Source of the DNA: Halothiobacillaceae bacterium UBA5861
GTDB taxonomy: Bacteria > Pseudomonadota > Gammaproteobacteria > UBA5861
DNA: 45,807 nucleotides
Assembly (NCBI GenBank): GCA_002432635.1
Contig: DJFX01000045.1
Coordinates: 33,634-79,440 of the forward strand
Direction of reading: 5' to 3'
Part shown: one piece after another, positions 25,978-38,744 of the stretch
Layout: each line of letters starts with the position of its first letter
How positions within the stretch are numbered: position 1 is the first letter of the stretch
Program-made: the position numbers and the translations under genes
Notes under the pieces: generated by a model
What the model was told of the DNA's origin: nothing
Databases searched by the model: none
Seen by the model: only the letters and a program-made list of their open reading frames with translations

Positions 25978-27252
25978 TTAAATGTGGCCTGACGCGACCA
26001 GTGCAGCGCCGAGAGCTGCGTTGGGCTTTGTCTCCAGCGTACACAGCTTGGCCTTCATTTTCTGTTCTCTGATTTTAAGCCATGCTCCCTGGTTAGGGCC
26101 AGATTCAAATGTGTACACCTGCTCAGGTGGTCGGCTACCCAAGCGCTGTAAAAGCCAGTAGCCATCGTGTTCGGCATCAGCGAGGGCTTCGAGTAATGCC
26201 TGGAGGAAAACCGTATCATCATCCGGGCGGGGCTCGACGACCGCACGCATTCGAGGGTTCCGGACCGGGAATTGTTCGCCTGTTTCAACCAGTGGGTAGA
26301 GGTCCAGATTTAAAAGAGGAGTGTCCTTTACCTGATCCAGCCTGGCACTAACATCGGCCTCTGGCAAGTAGTGGTAGACAGCAGTCATGCCTGTGTGGGA
26401 TGTGGCATGAACCAGCCAGTGACTGCCCAGACGTTGGCTATAGATGCCGTACTTGCTGGAAAAAACAGGCATAGAGGCCATGCTTTGCAACATTAAAGCA
26501 GGGGTAAAGCGTGTGACAGCGCTTGGGGTATTCTTGAGGTCTGTCGATAGGAATTCAGCGGTTTCACTCGTCGTGCCAGCAACCACTTGTACGTGCGCCG
26601 GCAGAGCGAGCTTTTGTGCAAACGAAGATGTCAGTGTACCCATCGGTGTGCCGGGCATTACCACCTGTGGCAGCACCGCCTGACCTTGTGTGAGTTTATC
26701 CAGCCAACGAGGCCAACGCTGTTTAACAGGGTCATAACCCAGCCGTGTTGCCTGGTGTTCATCGCAGATGCCGTTTTGACCGCTGAGCTTTGCCGCCAGC
26801 CATTCTGATTGGTGCATGGGTCGAACGGACTGCCCGTCGCTGGCCTCGAGTAGCTCAATGAGTTTAAACAGACTGCTGCTATCGCCACCGGCGCCTGATT
26901 GAGCGGGTATTGCCGGGCTGATGCGGGCATACAACGGATAGCTGCAACGATAATCACGGCCTAAGACAGATGAGACTGGATTGCCGAACGCATCACTCAG
27001 TAGCAGCACATCTGCCGGTGATACGATGCTGAGGCGCCCAATTTTCCCCGAGTCTATTTGCGGGAGAATGACTTGGCAAATGGCTTCTACCGCCTTGATC
27101 CAAGCAGCCGGTGTGTCTTCTTTTTCCGTGTGCGAACTATGAGGCAGTGTCAAGCTTGCTGTGGCCTGCTCATTTTGATCATTGTCAATGATGACGGCTT
27201 CGCAATTCTTGGGGGTCAAGCTAATGCCGAGATAAAGCGTTGTGTCTGCCAT
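25978..27252 (-). CDS. FGGY carbohydrate kinase-like protein with degenerate catalytic motifs
   Basis: ATG 27252. Retains SSLxKL, HQxxW, LGYD, AGTT, YGIYSxRLG, YPL..GExFP, PRPxDD..FLQ, AALGAAL; ATP/catalytic motifs are substituted (see findings). Confidence 0.8.
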   Translation of the reverse strand: MADTTLYLGISLTPKNCEAVIIDNDQNEQATASLTLPHSSHTEKEDTPAAWIKAVEAICQVILPQIDSGKIGRLSIVSPADVLLLSDAFGNPVSSVLGRDYRCSYPLYARISPAIPAQSGAGGDSSSLFKLIELLEASDGQSVRPMHQSEWLAAKLSGQNGICDEHQATRLGYDPVKQRWPRWLDKLTQGQAVLPQVVMPGTPMGTLTSSFAQKLALPAHVQVVAGTTSETAEFLSTDLKNTPSAVTRFTPALMLQSMASMPVFSSKYGIYSQRLGSHWLVHATSHTGMTAVYHYLPEADVSARLDQVKDTPLLNLDLYPLVETGEQFPVRNPRMRAVVEPRPDDDTVFLQALLEALADAEHDGYWLLQRLGSRPPEQVYTFESGPNQGAWLKIREQKMKAKLCTLETKPNAALGAALVASGHI

Positions 27253-27357
27253 ATTGCGTGATTCTGTTGTTGAAGGTGTCACCAAATTGTAGCAATTAAC
27301 ATTTCCCGCGATACAATGGGCGGGTTTTTGGGCTTCAGGGACGTAATCCGTACATCA

Positions 27358-30300
27358 ATGCGGCTAAGCAAAATCAAGTTGGCAGGCTTCAAGTCATTCG
27401 TTGATCCGACGACCATCGAGATGCCCTCAAATCTCATCGGCATCGTTGGGCCAAATGGATGTGGTAAATCGAATACCATTGATGCCGTACGCTGGGTGAT
27501 GGGCGAATCTTCCGCCAAGCACTTGCGGGGCGGCTCCATGGAGGATGTGATTTTTTCTGGCTCCAGCGCGCGTAAACCGGTAGCCCAGGCCTCTGTCGAG
27601 TTGGTCTTTGATAACACCAGTGGCAGTCTGGGGGGGGAATACGCCCAATATGCCGAGATCTCGGTTCGCCGGCAGGTCACCCGTGAAGGCCAGTCTCATT
27701 ATTTTCTGAATAGTAGCCGCTGCCGCAGGCGGGACATTACCGACATTTTTTTGGGCACAGGGCTGGGACCACGCAGTTACGCCATCATTGAGCAGGGGAT
27801 GATTTCGCGGTTGATTGAGGCCAAACCGGAGGAAATCCGGGTTTACCTTGAGGAAGCTGCCGGAATCTCAAAGTACAAAGATCGGCGCCGCGAAACAGAA
27901 AACCGTATCCGCCATACGCGTGAAAACCTCGACCGTCTGAATGATCTCAGTGAGGAGATCGAAAAGCAGGTAGATCGCCTCAAACGCCAATCCGAAACTG
28001 CTGAGAAATACAAAGTACTCAAAAGTCAGGAGCGCCAATTGCGTGCTCAGTTACTGGTGCTAGGCTGGCGGGACTTTCAGGTCAAGGCGCAAAGCCAAAA
28101 AGAGTCTGTGCGTGATTGGGAGCTGAAGCTCGAAGAGGCCAGCGTGGCGTTGAGAAAGCATGAAGCGGATATTGAGTCTCGCCGTGAGCAGCATCTCGAA
28201 CTCAATGACCACTTTAACAAAGTACAAGGGCAGTATTACAAGCTTGGCGCAGATATTTCACGTCTTGAGCAGACCATCCAGCATGCACGGGATACCAAAC
28301 GTCGACAGGAGCAGGAATTGGTTCAAGCGACGCAGGCCTGGCAAGAAGCCAATACCCACATTGAGCAAGACCAGGTAAAGCTGGCAGAGGTCAAGCAGCA
28401 GCTGGCGGAGGATGAACCAGAGTACCAGCGGTTATCTGACTTACAAAGTGAGTCGGGCGTGTCGCTGGAATTGTCGGAAGAAAAAATGATCGCCTGGCAG
28501 CAACGCTGGGATCATTACAACAAACAAAATCATCAGTTGACGCAACAGGCGCAAATTGAACGCACCCGTGCTGAACAACTTGAACGTTATGTCACACAGC
28601 ACAAGCAGCGACAAGGGCGCATTGAGGCGGAGTTAGGGCAGGTTGATATACCAGCGTTAGAGCTAGCACTCGAGCAGGCGCTTGAAGAAGAGCAACTGGC
28701 ATCCGAGCAGCTGGCTGAAAAGCAAACAGCGTTTGATGAATTGGACCGTCGTATAAAGCAGTTGCGTGGTGAAATGGAGTCCGGCGAGCAGGCATTGGCG
28801 GCGCGGCAGAAAGTATTTCAGGGTCTGAATAACCAGCTAATGGCTTTAGAAGCCGTAAATAAAGCTGCGCTGAACACATCCAGTTCGTCGTTTTCAGATT
28901 GGCTCAACCGGCAGGGATTGTCGTCTAAACCCCGGCTTGCTCAGGAACTGGAGGTTGAGGCAGGATGGGAAAAAGCGGTACAAGTCGTTCTCCACCGGTC
29001 ATTAGAGGCGATTTGTATTGATCACCTGGATGAGTTTCGGGGGGGGCTGGATGATAGGCCTGAGGGAGATTTGGTATTACTTGAAGCGGGCGCATCCGGT
29101 CAGGGGCAAGCAGGATCTTTACTCGCCAAGGTTCACACGCAATCCGCAGACCTCTCCTGGTTGGAAAGCGTCTATACGGCCGAAACTTTGCAGGAAGCTT
29201 TGCAGAGACGGGAAGGCCTCTCAATGACAGAATCCATTGTTACCCGTGATGGTTTCTGGGTCGGTCGACACTGGCTGCGTGTTGGGGGTCAGGCCGAAGG
29301 TGACATAGGTATTCTTGAGCGAGAACGTGAAATCAAGCGACTTCAGATAAAGCATGCTGAGGCTCAAGCGCAACTGGAATCCGGCGAATCGGATCACCAA
29401 ATACAAGCGGAGATGGTGCGTACTGCCGCCACGCAACGCGAGCAGTTACAAAAGGAATTGAACAACAGCCACCGGGAGCAGGTCCACAAAAGTGCGCAGG
29501 TTCGGGACAAGCGTTCGCGGCTAGAACAGGCCACGGAACGACAAAGACGTGTTGCCCAGGAGATGGCAGAATTACGAGAGCAGATTGAACAAGGTGTTTT
29601 GGATATTGAAGAAAGTCGGGCCGCTCATGCGCAGGCGATGGAGGCCCTTGAAAGTCTAGCGGCTGATGGCGACCAATTGTCACAGGAACGGGATCGTTTG
29701 CAGTCACAGCTGTCAGATACACGAATAGAAGAAAAACAGCACCGGGAACAGGCTCAGCAGATTGCTGTGCGCTTGGAGGCGCTTCGGACCAGTCAGGCAT
29801 CTTTAGAACAAAACATTGCACGCATGCAAAGCCAGCTGGTGCACACCTCAACGCGGCGAGAAGAATTGGAGGCGCTTTTATTAGCTGCTGATGAGCCCAT
29901 GGACGAGCACACACAATCGCTAGAAGCCTTGCTGGAATCACGGTTACATGTGGAGCAGGAGTTGAGCGCAGCGCGCGATGCTGTTGAGATGCTTGAGAAA
30001 CAGCTGCGTCAATTGGAGCAGGACCGTTTGCGGGCAGAGAGCACCGTTAATGAGGTACGTGAACAATTAAACCAGGCAAAGTTTGCGGTTCAAGAGTCAC
30101 AGGTTCGAGGGGCAACATTGCTCGAGCAGATTACGGCGTCTGGTTACGACAAAGACCGGTTGCTGGCTGAGCTGGCGCCGAATGTTTCAAGTACGGATTA
30201 TGAAGCCCGGTTGAATGAAGCCGTTGCCCGCATTGAGCGATTAGGCCCGATTAATCTGGCGGCAATTGATGAATACCAGGAGCAGCTCAAGCGCCAGGAG

Positions 30301-30855
30301 CTGATTGAGCAGCAGCACAAAGACATCACGGATGCACTGGAAACACTGGAAAGAGCCATCGCAAAAATTGATCGTGAGACAAAGTCAAAATTCAAGGAAA
30401 CGTTTGATCAGGTCAACACAGGGCTGCAGGGCCTATTCCCCCGCTTATTCGGGGGAGGTCAAGCCTCGCTGGAACTGACAGGCGATAATTTGCTCGATAC
30501 AGGGGTCTCTATAATGGCGAGGCCTCCGGGCAAAAGAGTGAGTCATATTCAGCTGCTTTCAGGTGGTGAAAAAGCTCTGACGGCCGTTGCGCTGGTTTTT
30601 GCGTTTTTTGAATTGAATCCCGCCCCTTTTTGTATGCTGGATGAGGTGGATGCGCCGCTGGATGATGCTAACGTCGGGCGCTTTTGTGACCTGGTTCGGG
30701 AAATGTCTGACCGGGTTCAGTTTATTTTCATCACACACAACAAGGCGACCATGGAACTCTCCAGCCAGTTAATGGGGGTGACCATGAACGAGCCGGGCGT
30801 TTCGCGGCTTGTCTCTGTGGATGTGCAGGAAGCGGCAAGAATGGCGACCGCTTGA
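27358..30855 (+). CDS. smc: Chromosome segregation protein SMC
   Basis: MRLSKIKLAGFKSF, Walker A GPNGCGKSN, long coiled coils and hinge, LSGGEK, LDEVDAPLD. Confidence 0.98.
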   Translation: MRLSKIKLAGFKSFVDPTTIEMPSNLIGIVGPNGCGKSNTIDAVRWVMGESSAKHLRGGSMEDVIFSGSSARKPVAQASVELVFDNTSGSLGGEYAQYAEISVRRQVTREGQSHYFLNSSRCRRRDITDIFLGTGLGPRSYAIIEQGMISRLIEAKPEEIRVYLEEAAGISKYKDRRRETENRIRHTRENLDRLNDLSEEIEKQVDRLKRQSETAEKYKVLKSQERQLRAQLLVLGWRDFQVKAQSQKESVRDWELKLEEASVALRKHEADIESRREQHLELNDHFNKVQGQYYKLGADISRLEQTIQHARDTKRRQEQELVQATQAWQEANTHIEQDQVKLAEVKQQLAEDEPEYQRLSDLQSESGVSLELSEEKMIAWQQRWDHYNKQNHQLTQQAQIERTRAEQLERYVTQHKQRQGRIEAELGQVDIPALELALEQALEEEQLASEQLAEKQTAFDELDRRIKQLRGEMESGEQALAARQKVFQGLNNQLMALEAVNKAALNTSSSSFSDWLNRQGLSSKPRLAQELEVEAGWEKAVQVVLHRSLEAICIDHLDEFRGGLDDRPEGDLVLLEAGASGQGQAGSLLAKVHTQSADLSWLESVYTAETLQEALQRREGLSMTESIVTRDGFWVGRHWLRVGGQAEGDIGILEREREIKRLQIKHAEAQAQLESGESDHQIQAEMVRTAATQREQLQKELNNSHREQVHKSAQVRDKRSRLEQATERQRRVAQEMAELREQIEQGVLDIEESRAAHAQAMEALESLAADGDQLSQERDRLQSQLSDTRIEEKQHREQAQQIAVRLEALRTSQASLEQNIARMQSQLVHTSTRREELEALLLAADEPMDEHTQSLEALLESRLHVEQELSAARDAVEMLEKQLRQLEQDRLRAESTVNEVREQLNQAKFAVQESQVRGATLLEQITASGYDKDRLLAELAPNVSSTDYEARLNEAVARIERLGPINLAAIDEYQEQLKRQELIEQQHKDITDALETLERAIAKIDRETKSKFKETFDQVNTGLQGLFPRLFGGGQASLELTGDNLLDTGVSIMARPPGKRVSHIQLLSGGEKALTAVALVFAFFELNPAPFCMLDEVDAPLDDANVGRFCDLVREMSDRVQFIFITHNKATMELSSQLMGVTMNEPGVSRLVSVDVQEAARMATA

Positions 30856-30992
30856 GCGGCTTAGCCAATTGGTTATATAGTGCGGAGCATACTACACTAA
30901 GTGCAATTTTGCGCCGACCTAAGCCACCCGTACTTTCGCTTGACAGGCGTATACGATAGTTAGCACGTGAATCAGATTCTGAATGATCATTT

Positions 30993-31874
30993 ATGGAAAA
31001 TTTGCGCTGGATTTTACTTTTCTCTGGTCTCGTATTGTTAGTTTTGGTTTACCTCATGAGTCGGGGGGAAAAGCAGAAAAAACGGCTTGAAAAGCGACAA
31101 GAAGAGGATGCCCGGCTCGATCCCCTGTTCGATAATATCGCCGTGTCCGAGGAGAGCTCAAAAAGTGAGCCTGTTTTCCCCGCTGAGGAAGAGCTGAATT
31201 TTGAGCTGGATATGCAGTCAATGCCGGATGCCCGGCAGAAAAAGTCACGGCCTGCACTGAGCGAAGACGACCAGAAAACCACAGTTGTCTCTAATTTGGT
31301 CCATGGGCATGAAAAAGTAAACCAGATATTGGCAGAAAAAATAGACGCCGATGAGGTCCCCGATGAAGGCGTTCAGGAAACGGCTCAAATGGACATTGGT
31401 GACTTGCTGGACGTTGATTCATTTGCCGGTGATGAAGCGACTGAAACCCATGAGCCCCAGCGCGCTGTCGAAAAGGTTATCAGCTTAAATGTCAAGGCGG
31501 CAGAAGGGGGTTCTTTTAAAGGCCAAGACCTTCTACGAATTTTCAAAGAACGCGAATATGAGTTTGGTGAGATGGATATTTTTCACTCACGATATCAGGG
31601 GAAAGTTGTTTTCAGCATTATTAACCTGGTTGAGCCCGGTTGGTTTGATCCCGATACCATGGATGGCTTTTTGACGCCCGGCATCGCACTGTTCATGCAG
31701 TTACCGGGGCCTTTATCCGCCGATGTTGCATTGGATGTCATGCTCAGTGAAGCCCGCGTTTTGTCGGAAGACTTGGGCGGCGAGGTTTATGATGCCGCAC
31801 ATCAGCGCTTGACAGATAAGGTTGTTGGAGAATTACACGCCAGTGTGGCTGAGTACATGGAACACGCGCAGTAA
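30993..31874 (+). CDS. zipA: Cell division protein ZipA
   Basis: N-terminal TM, acidic linker, C-terminal FGEMDIFH...PGxFD...TPGIALFMQLP; lies between smc and ligA. Confidence 0.92.
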   Translation: MENLRWILLFSGLVLLVLVYLMSRGEKQKKRLEKRQEEDARLDPLFDNIAVSEESSKSEPVFPAEEELNFELDMQSMPDARQKKSRPALSEDDQKTTVVSNLVHGHEKVNQILAEKIDADEVPDEGVQETAQMDIGDLLDVDSFAGDEATETHEPQRAVEKVISLNVKAAEGGSFKGQDLLRIFKEREYEFGEMDIFHSRYQGKVVFSIINLVEPGWFDPDTMDGFLTPGIALFMQLPGPLSADVALDVMLSEARVLSEDLGGEVYDAAHQRLTDKVVGELHASVAEYMEHAQ

Positions 31875-34157
<2,283 letters not shown>

Positions 34158-34286
34158 CGTATTTGGCGAATGTTATTCAATGTCTGTTTCCTCCTGGAAA
34201 ACAATCTTGCCAGCCGAGGTTTTGGGAGGCCGCAATGCTTCGAATCAAGGTGAAATGACAAAATTATGCTTTTAAGTACACATTTT

Positions 34287-34302
34287 TGTTAAAATGCGCG
34301 GC
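34287..34302 (+). promoter_or_regulatory. Putative extended -10 promoter with a GC-rich discriminator upstream of dapB
   Basis: TG-T-TAAAAT-GCGCGGC. Confidence 0.55.
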
Positions 34303-34405
34303 TATTTATTTTCGATGTTTGTTTTAGGTGTTCTTGATACTGATTGAAAACGCTCGGACACTCAACGAAAAATAAACGGACTCACCACTCACAAAAGGTT
34401 AATTT

Positions 34406-35209
34406 ATGGTCAAAGTGGCGATTATTGGCGTAGCGGGTCGAATGGGCCGAACATTAATTGAAGCGGCAAAAGAGTACCCAAACATCCGTTTAGGCGCGGC
34501 TATTGAATCAAAAGGCAGCCAACTGCTGGGCATGGATGCCGGCTTACTTGCAGGCAATGAAGAGCTGAATGTCAAAGTTTCCGATAGCCTAGCCAATGAA
34601 GTTGACCACTTTGATGTTGTGGTTGACTTTTCACGCCCAGCCGGTAGTTTGGCTGCCTTGAGTATCTGTGCCGAGCATGGCAAAGCGGCCGTTGTTGGGA
34701 CTACGGGTTTTAGCGATGATGAAAAAAAACAAATCAAGCATTTTTCATCCCACATTCCCATTATGCATGCCGCGAATATGAGTGTTGGTGTTAACCTGTG
34801 TCTGAACTTACTTGAAAAAGCGGCGCATGTTTTGGGGGATGATTACGATATTGAGGTGATCGAGGCGCATCACAGACACAAAGTTGATGCACCCTCGGGC
34901 ACGGCACTGGCAATGGGAGAAGTCATCGCTGATACATTAGGGCGTGATCTGAAAGATTGTGCGGTGTATGGCAGAGAAGGGCATACCGGCGAGCGTGATA
35001 AAAAGACTATTGGTTTTGAAACGATACGGGGCGGCGACATTGTTGGTGATCATACCGTGTTATTTGCCGGTGTGGGGGAGCGTGTTGAAATTGTCCATAA
35101 AGCCTCCAGTCGCATGACGTTTGCCAGAGGGGCTATGCGTGCTGCGGGCTGGGTCGTTAATCGTCCGCCAGGGATGTACGATATGCGCGATGTCCTGGAT
35201 TTGAAATAA
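34406..35209 (+). CDS. dapB: 4-hydroxy-tetrahydrodipicolinate reductase
   Basis: [36 protein letters not shown]. Confidence 0.98.
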   Translation: MVKVAIIGVAGRMGRTLIEAAKEYPNIRLGAAIESKGSQLLGMDAGLLAGNEELNVKVSDSLANEVDHFDVVVDFSRPAGSLAALSICAEHGKAAVVGTTGFSDDEKKQIKHFSSHIPIMHAANMSVGVNLCLNLLEKAAHVLGDDYDIEVIEAHHRHKVDAPSGTALAMGEVIADTLGRDLKDCAVYGREGHTGERDKKTIGFETIRGGDIVGDHTVLFAGVGERVEIVHKASSRMTFARGAMRAAGWVVNRPPGMYDMRDVLDLK

Positions 35210-35245
35210 CGAAATCAACAAATAATCGGATGGGATGAAGTTTTG

Positions 35246-36187
35246 ATGAAATTGGCAGGCGTTTTTCCTGGGCAGGGTGCTCAATCGGTTGGGATGATGA
35301 AAGAGCTGGCCGACAACTACCCGGTTGTTGAACAGACATTTACAGAGGCGGCAGATGTCCTGGGTTATGATCTATGGTCGCTGGTCCAGCAAGGACCTGA
35401 AGAGAAATTAAAAATCACAAAATATACTCAGCCTGCCATGTTCGTCAGTGGTGTGGCAGCCTATCGTGTCTGGTTGGAGGAGGAAGGGCCTGCTCCTGAA
35501 ATTGTTGCCGGACACAGCTTGGGCGAGTACTCAGCCCTTGTGGCTGCCAAGGTTCTGTCGTTTGCTGATGCCATGTCTATTGTTGCGCTGCGCGGTGAGT
35601 TGATGAATTCAGCAGTCGAAGAGGGAACCGGGGGCATGGCCGCTATCCTGGGGTTGGATGACGAGGTTGTCGTTAGCCTATGTCAAAGTCTGAGTGGGGA
35701 TCGTATTGTTGAAGCTGTCAATTTTAATTCACCCGGGCAAATTGTTATTTCCGGACATGTGGATGCTCTGGAAAAGGCGGTCTCTGAAGCGAAAAAACAA
35801 GGTGCTAAAATGGCCACCATGCTACCTGTCAGTGTGCCAAATCATAGTTCTCTCATGAGTTGTGTGGCTGATCCTTTAGCTCAAAAGATAAACAGTGTTG
35901 CTGTCAGTGATCCCATCATTCCCGTTGTTCAGAATTTCGAGGGGAAAATATACGATACTCTTGATGATATGCTAGGTGCACTGCGGCGTCATGTGGATGG
36001 TCCGGTCTATTGGACGGCGACTGTTCATGAGATGAAAGCTCGCGGTGTTGACACGATTGTTGAATTTGGTCCGGGCAAAGTGCTTTCAGGGCTGGTTAAG
36101 CGCATTGACAGAAGGTTAGGTGCTCTGCCTGTTTTTGATATGAACTCGCTACAAAAAGCCTTATCTGCTTGCCGAGGAGAAAAATAA
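35246..36187 (+). CDS. fabD: Malonyl-CoA:ACP transacylase
   Basis: FPGQGAQ, TQPA, GHSLGEY, NFNSPGQIV, GPGKVLSGL. Confidence 0.97.
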   Translation: MKLAGVFPGQGAQSVGMMKELADNYPVVEQTFTEAADVLGYDLWSLVQQGPEEKLKITKYTQPAMFVSGVAAYRVWLEEEGPAPEIVAGHSLGEYSALVAAKVLSFADAMSIVALRGELMNSAVEEGTGGMAAILGLDDEVVVSLCQSLSGDRIVEAVNFNSPGQIVISGHVDALEKAVSEAKKQGAKMATMLPVSVPNHSSLMSCVADPLAQKINSVAVSDPIIPVVQNFEGKIYDTLDDMLGALRRHVDGPVYWTATVHEMKARGVDTIVEFGPGKVLSGLVKRIDRRLGALPVFDMNSLQKALSACRGEK

Positions 36188-36931
36188 GTGGTTTGGGAAA
36201 AAGAAATTGTATTTGTCACCGGCGCCAGCCGCGGTATTGGTGCAGCCATTGCTGATGAGTTGGGCAAGTTGGGCGCAACAGTGATTGGAACGGCAACATC
36301 TGAGGCGGGTGCTGAAAAAATTTCAACACGGTTTCAAACCGCAGGAATTAAAGGCGAAGGGGTTCGGCTCGATGTCAATGATCATGGTGCGGTAAACCAA
36401 TTGGCCGCCGACATTGCAAACCGCTATGGTGTGGTCTCAATTTTAGTTAACAATGCGGGTATCACGCGGGACAACTTAATGATGAGAATGAAAGATGAGG
36501 AGTGGGAAGATATTATTTCGACCAACTTAACTTCCGTTTTTCATGTGACGAAGTCTTTTCTCAAGGGCATGATGAAGGCAAGACATGGCCGGATCATTAA
36601 TATTTCATCGGTTGTTGGGGTTGCAGGAAATCCAGGGCAGGCAAACTATGCGGCAGCCAAAGCGGGGATTATTGGCTTCAGTAAATCATTGGCCCGAGAG
36701 ATTGCCAGCCGAAATATTACCGTCAACGTTATTGCGCCAGGTTTTATTGCCTCGGATATGACGGACGCCTTGTCCGAAGAACAAAAAGCTGCGCTTTTGA
36801 CATCAGTTCCCGTGGGCAGATTGGGTGAAACAGATGAAATCGCTCATGCCGTTGCATTTTTAGCCTCTCCCCAGGCAAGTTACATCACGGGGCAAACTTT
36901 ACATGTGAATGGTGGTATGTATATGAATTAA
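36188..36931 (+). CDS. fabG: 3-oxoacyl-ACP reductase
   Basis: TGASRGIG, NNAGITRD, YAAAK, GQTLHVNGG. Confidence 0.97.
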   Translation: MVWEKEIVFVTGASRGIGAAIADELGKLGATVIGTATSEAGAEKISTRFQTAGIKGEGVRLDVNDHGAVNQLAADIANRYGVVSILVNNAGITRDNLMMRMKDEEWEDIISTNLTSVFHVTKSFLKGMMKARHGRIINISSVVGVAGNPGQANYAAAKAGIIGFSKSLAREIASRNITVNVIAPGFIASDMTDALSEEQKAALLTSVPVGRLGETDEIAHAVAFLASPQASYITGQTLHVNGGMYMN

Positions 36932-37094
36932 ATGAAATTTAATCTATCGAATTTTGGATTGAAAAATAATTAATTTTTTATTTACTTGATGACTGGTGGC
37001 ATTTACTTGTTTTTCATAAAATAGTCAGCTGTTTTCAATGGTTGATTGATGGTATTAAGTGAGATAGCCAAATTAAATTGAGGTATAACAAACT

Positions 37095-37334
37095 ATGAGC
37101 AGTATAGAAGAGCGCGTTAAAAAAATCGTTGTTGAGCAGTTGGGTGTTAAAGAGGAAGATGTCACTGAAGGTGCATCTTTTGTAGAAGATCTTGGTGCGG
37201 ATTCCTTGGATACCGTTGAGCTGGTTATGGCGCTTGAAGAGGAGTTTGAATGCGAGATACCCGATGAAGAGGCTGAAAAAATTACGACAGTTCAGCAGGC
37301 GATAGACTACGTCAATGCCCATCTTGACGCTTAA
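37095..37334 (+). CDS. acpP: Acyl carrier protein
   Basis: [20 protein letters not shown]. Confidence 0.99.
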   Translation: MSSIEERVKKIVVEQLGVKEEDVTEGASFVEDLGADSLDTVELVMALEEEFECEIPDEEAEKITTVQQAIDYVNAHLDA

Positions 37335-37430
37335 GGCATAGTTCTCCAAATTTTTTAATTTAATCAGGTCGCAACCATCTTGCGGCCTTGATGTTTGCAA
37401 TGAAGTGCGTGGTGTGACTGAGAGTTTGTA

Positions 37431-38669
37431 GTGGATAAACGGCGAGTAGTCATTACTGGTCTAGGTATTATCAGTCCAGTTGGAAACAGTGTGCAGGTAG
37501 CCTGGGAGAATATTTTGGCCGGTCGTTCTGGCGCTACCGAGATCACATCATTTGATGTTGAAAATTTTACGACCAAATTTTCTGCGTCTGTTAAAGACTT
37601 TGATGTAAGCCAATACATCACAAAAAAAGATGCTCGAAAAATGGATGTTTTTATCCATTATGGTATCGCTGCTGCAAGCCAGGCAATAGAGGATTCAGGC
37701 CTGGAGGTAACAGAGAAAAATGCTGAGCGAGTCGGTGTTGCCATTGGCTCAGGCATTGGTGGTCTGCCGCAAATCGAAGTACAACATCAAGCATACCTCA
37801 ATGGTGGTGCACGAAAAATCTCTCCTTTTTTTGTACCTGGCACGATCATCAATATGATCTCGGGCAACTTGTCCATTCAATATGGTTTTAAAGGGCCGAA
37901 CTTTTGCATTGTAACCGCCTGTACAACAGGTACCCATAATATCGGTGAGTCAGCGCGTATTATTCAGTATGGTGATGCTGATGTCATGATCGCAGGTGGT
38001 GCCGAAATGGCAACTTGTCCGTTGGGTCTTGGTGGGTTTGGTGCTGCCCGGGCGCTATCGACGCGTAACGACAATCCGGAAGCCGCGAGTCGGCCTTTTG
38101 ATCAGGGGCGAGATGGTTTTGTGCTTGGGGATGGTGCGGGAGTTTTGGTGCTCGAAGAATATGAGCATGCGCGAGCACGAGGCGCCCATATTTATGCTGA
38201 ACTTGTAGGGTTTGGGATGAGTGGGGACGCCTACCACATGACTCAGCCCTCTGAAAATGGTGAAGGGGCTCAGCGGTGCATGGCTGCTGCTTTGAAAAAT
38301 GCGTGTTTGAATCCTGAAGATATCCAATACATTAATGCGCATGGGACTTCGACACCCGCTGGTGATGTTGCAGAGACCCAAGCAATTAGAGGTGCAATGG
38401 GCGCGTATGCTGACCAGCTATTGGTGAGTTCCACCAAGTCGATGACGGGGCATTTATTGGGTGCAGCGGGTGCGATTGAAGCTGTGTTTTCTATTTTGAC
38501 TTTACGCGATCAAGTGGCTCCTCCCACCATTAATCTGGAAGACCCTGACCCTGCGTGTGACCTTGATTATGTTGCTAATGAAGCAAAGGAGCATTCAATC
38601 AACGCTGTACTCTCCAACTCGTTTGGTTTTGGGGGTACGAATGGCACGCTCGTGTTCAAAAAAATATAG
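37431..38669 (+). CDS. fabF: Beta-ketoacyl-ACP synthase II
   Basis: [42 protein letters not shown]. Confidence 0.98.
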   Translation: MDKRRVVITGLGIISPVGNSVQVAWENILAGRSGATEITSFDVENFTTKFSASVKDFDVSQYITKKDARKMDVFIHYGIAAASQAIEDSGLEVTEKNAERVGVAIGSGIGGLPQIEVQHQAYLNGGARKISPFFVPGTIINMISGNLSIQYGFKGPNFCIVTACTTGTHNIGESARIIQYGDADVMIAGGAEMATCPLGLGGFGAARALSTRNDNPEAASRPFDQGRDGFVLGDGAGVLVLEEYEHARARGAHIYAELVGFGMSGDAYHMTQPSENGEGAQRCMAAALKNACLNPEDIQYINAHGTSTPAGDVAETQAIRGAMGAYADQLLVSSTKSMTGHLLGAAGAIEAVFSILTLRDQVAPPTINLEDPDPACDLDYVANEAKEHSINAVLSNSFGFGGTNGTLVFKKI

Positions 38670-38744
38670 TAAAAGCAGATCCTTTTTAGTGCGTCTTGGA
38701 TTGACTACTACCATAAGAGTTAAATAAGCTGAGGGCTATGTGTA

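Noticed and set aside
27279-30395. Numerous 60-200 aa antisense or alternate-frame ORFs inside smc and other long genes
   Set aside because: They are shadow ORFs of well-supported genes and show no recognisable motifs.
34158-34405. Lysine riboswitch upstream of dapB
   Set aside because: The leader is about 100 nt and lacks the AGAGGUGC-type P1/P2 signature and multi-helix layout.
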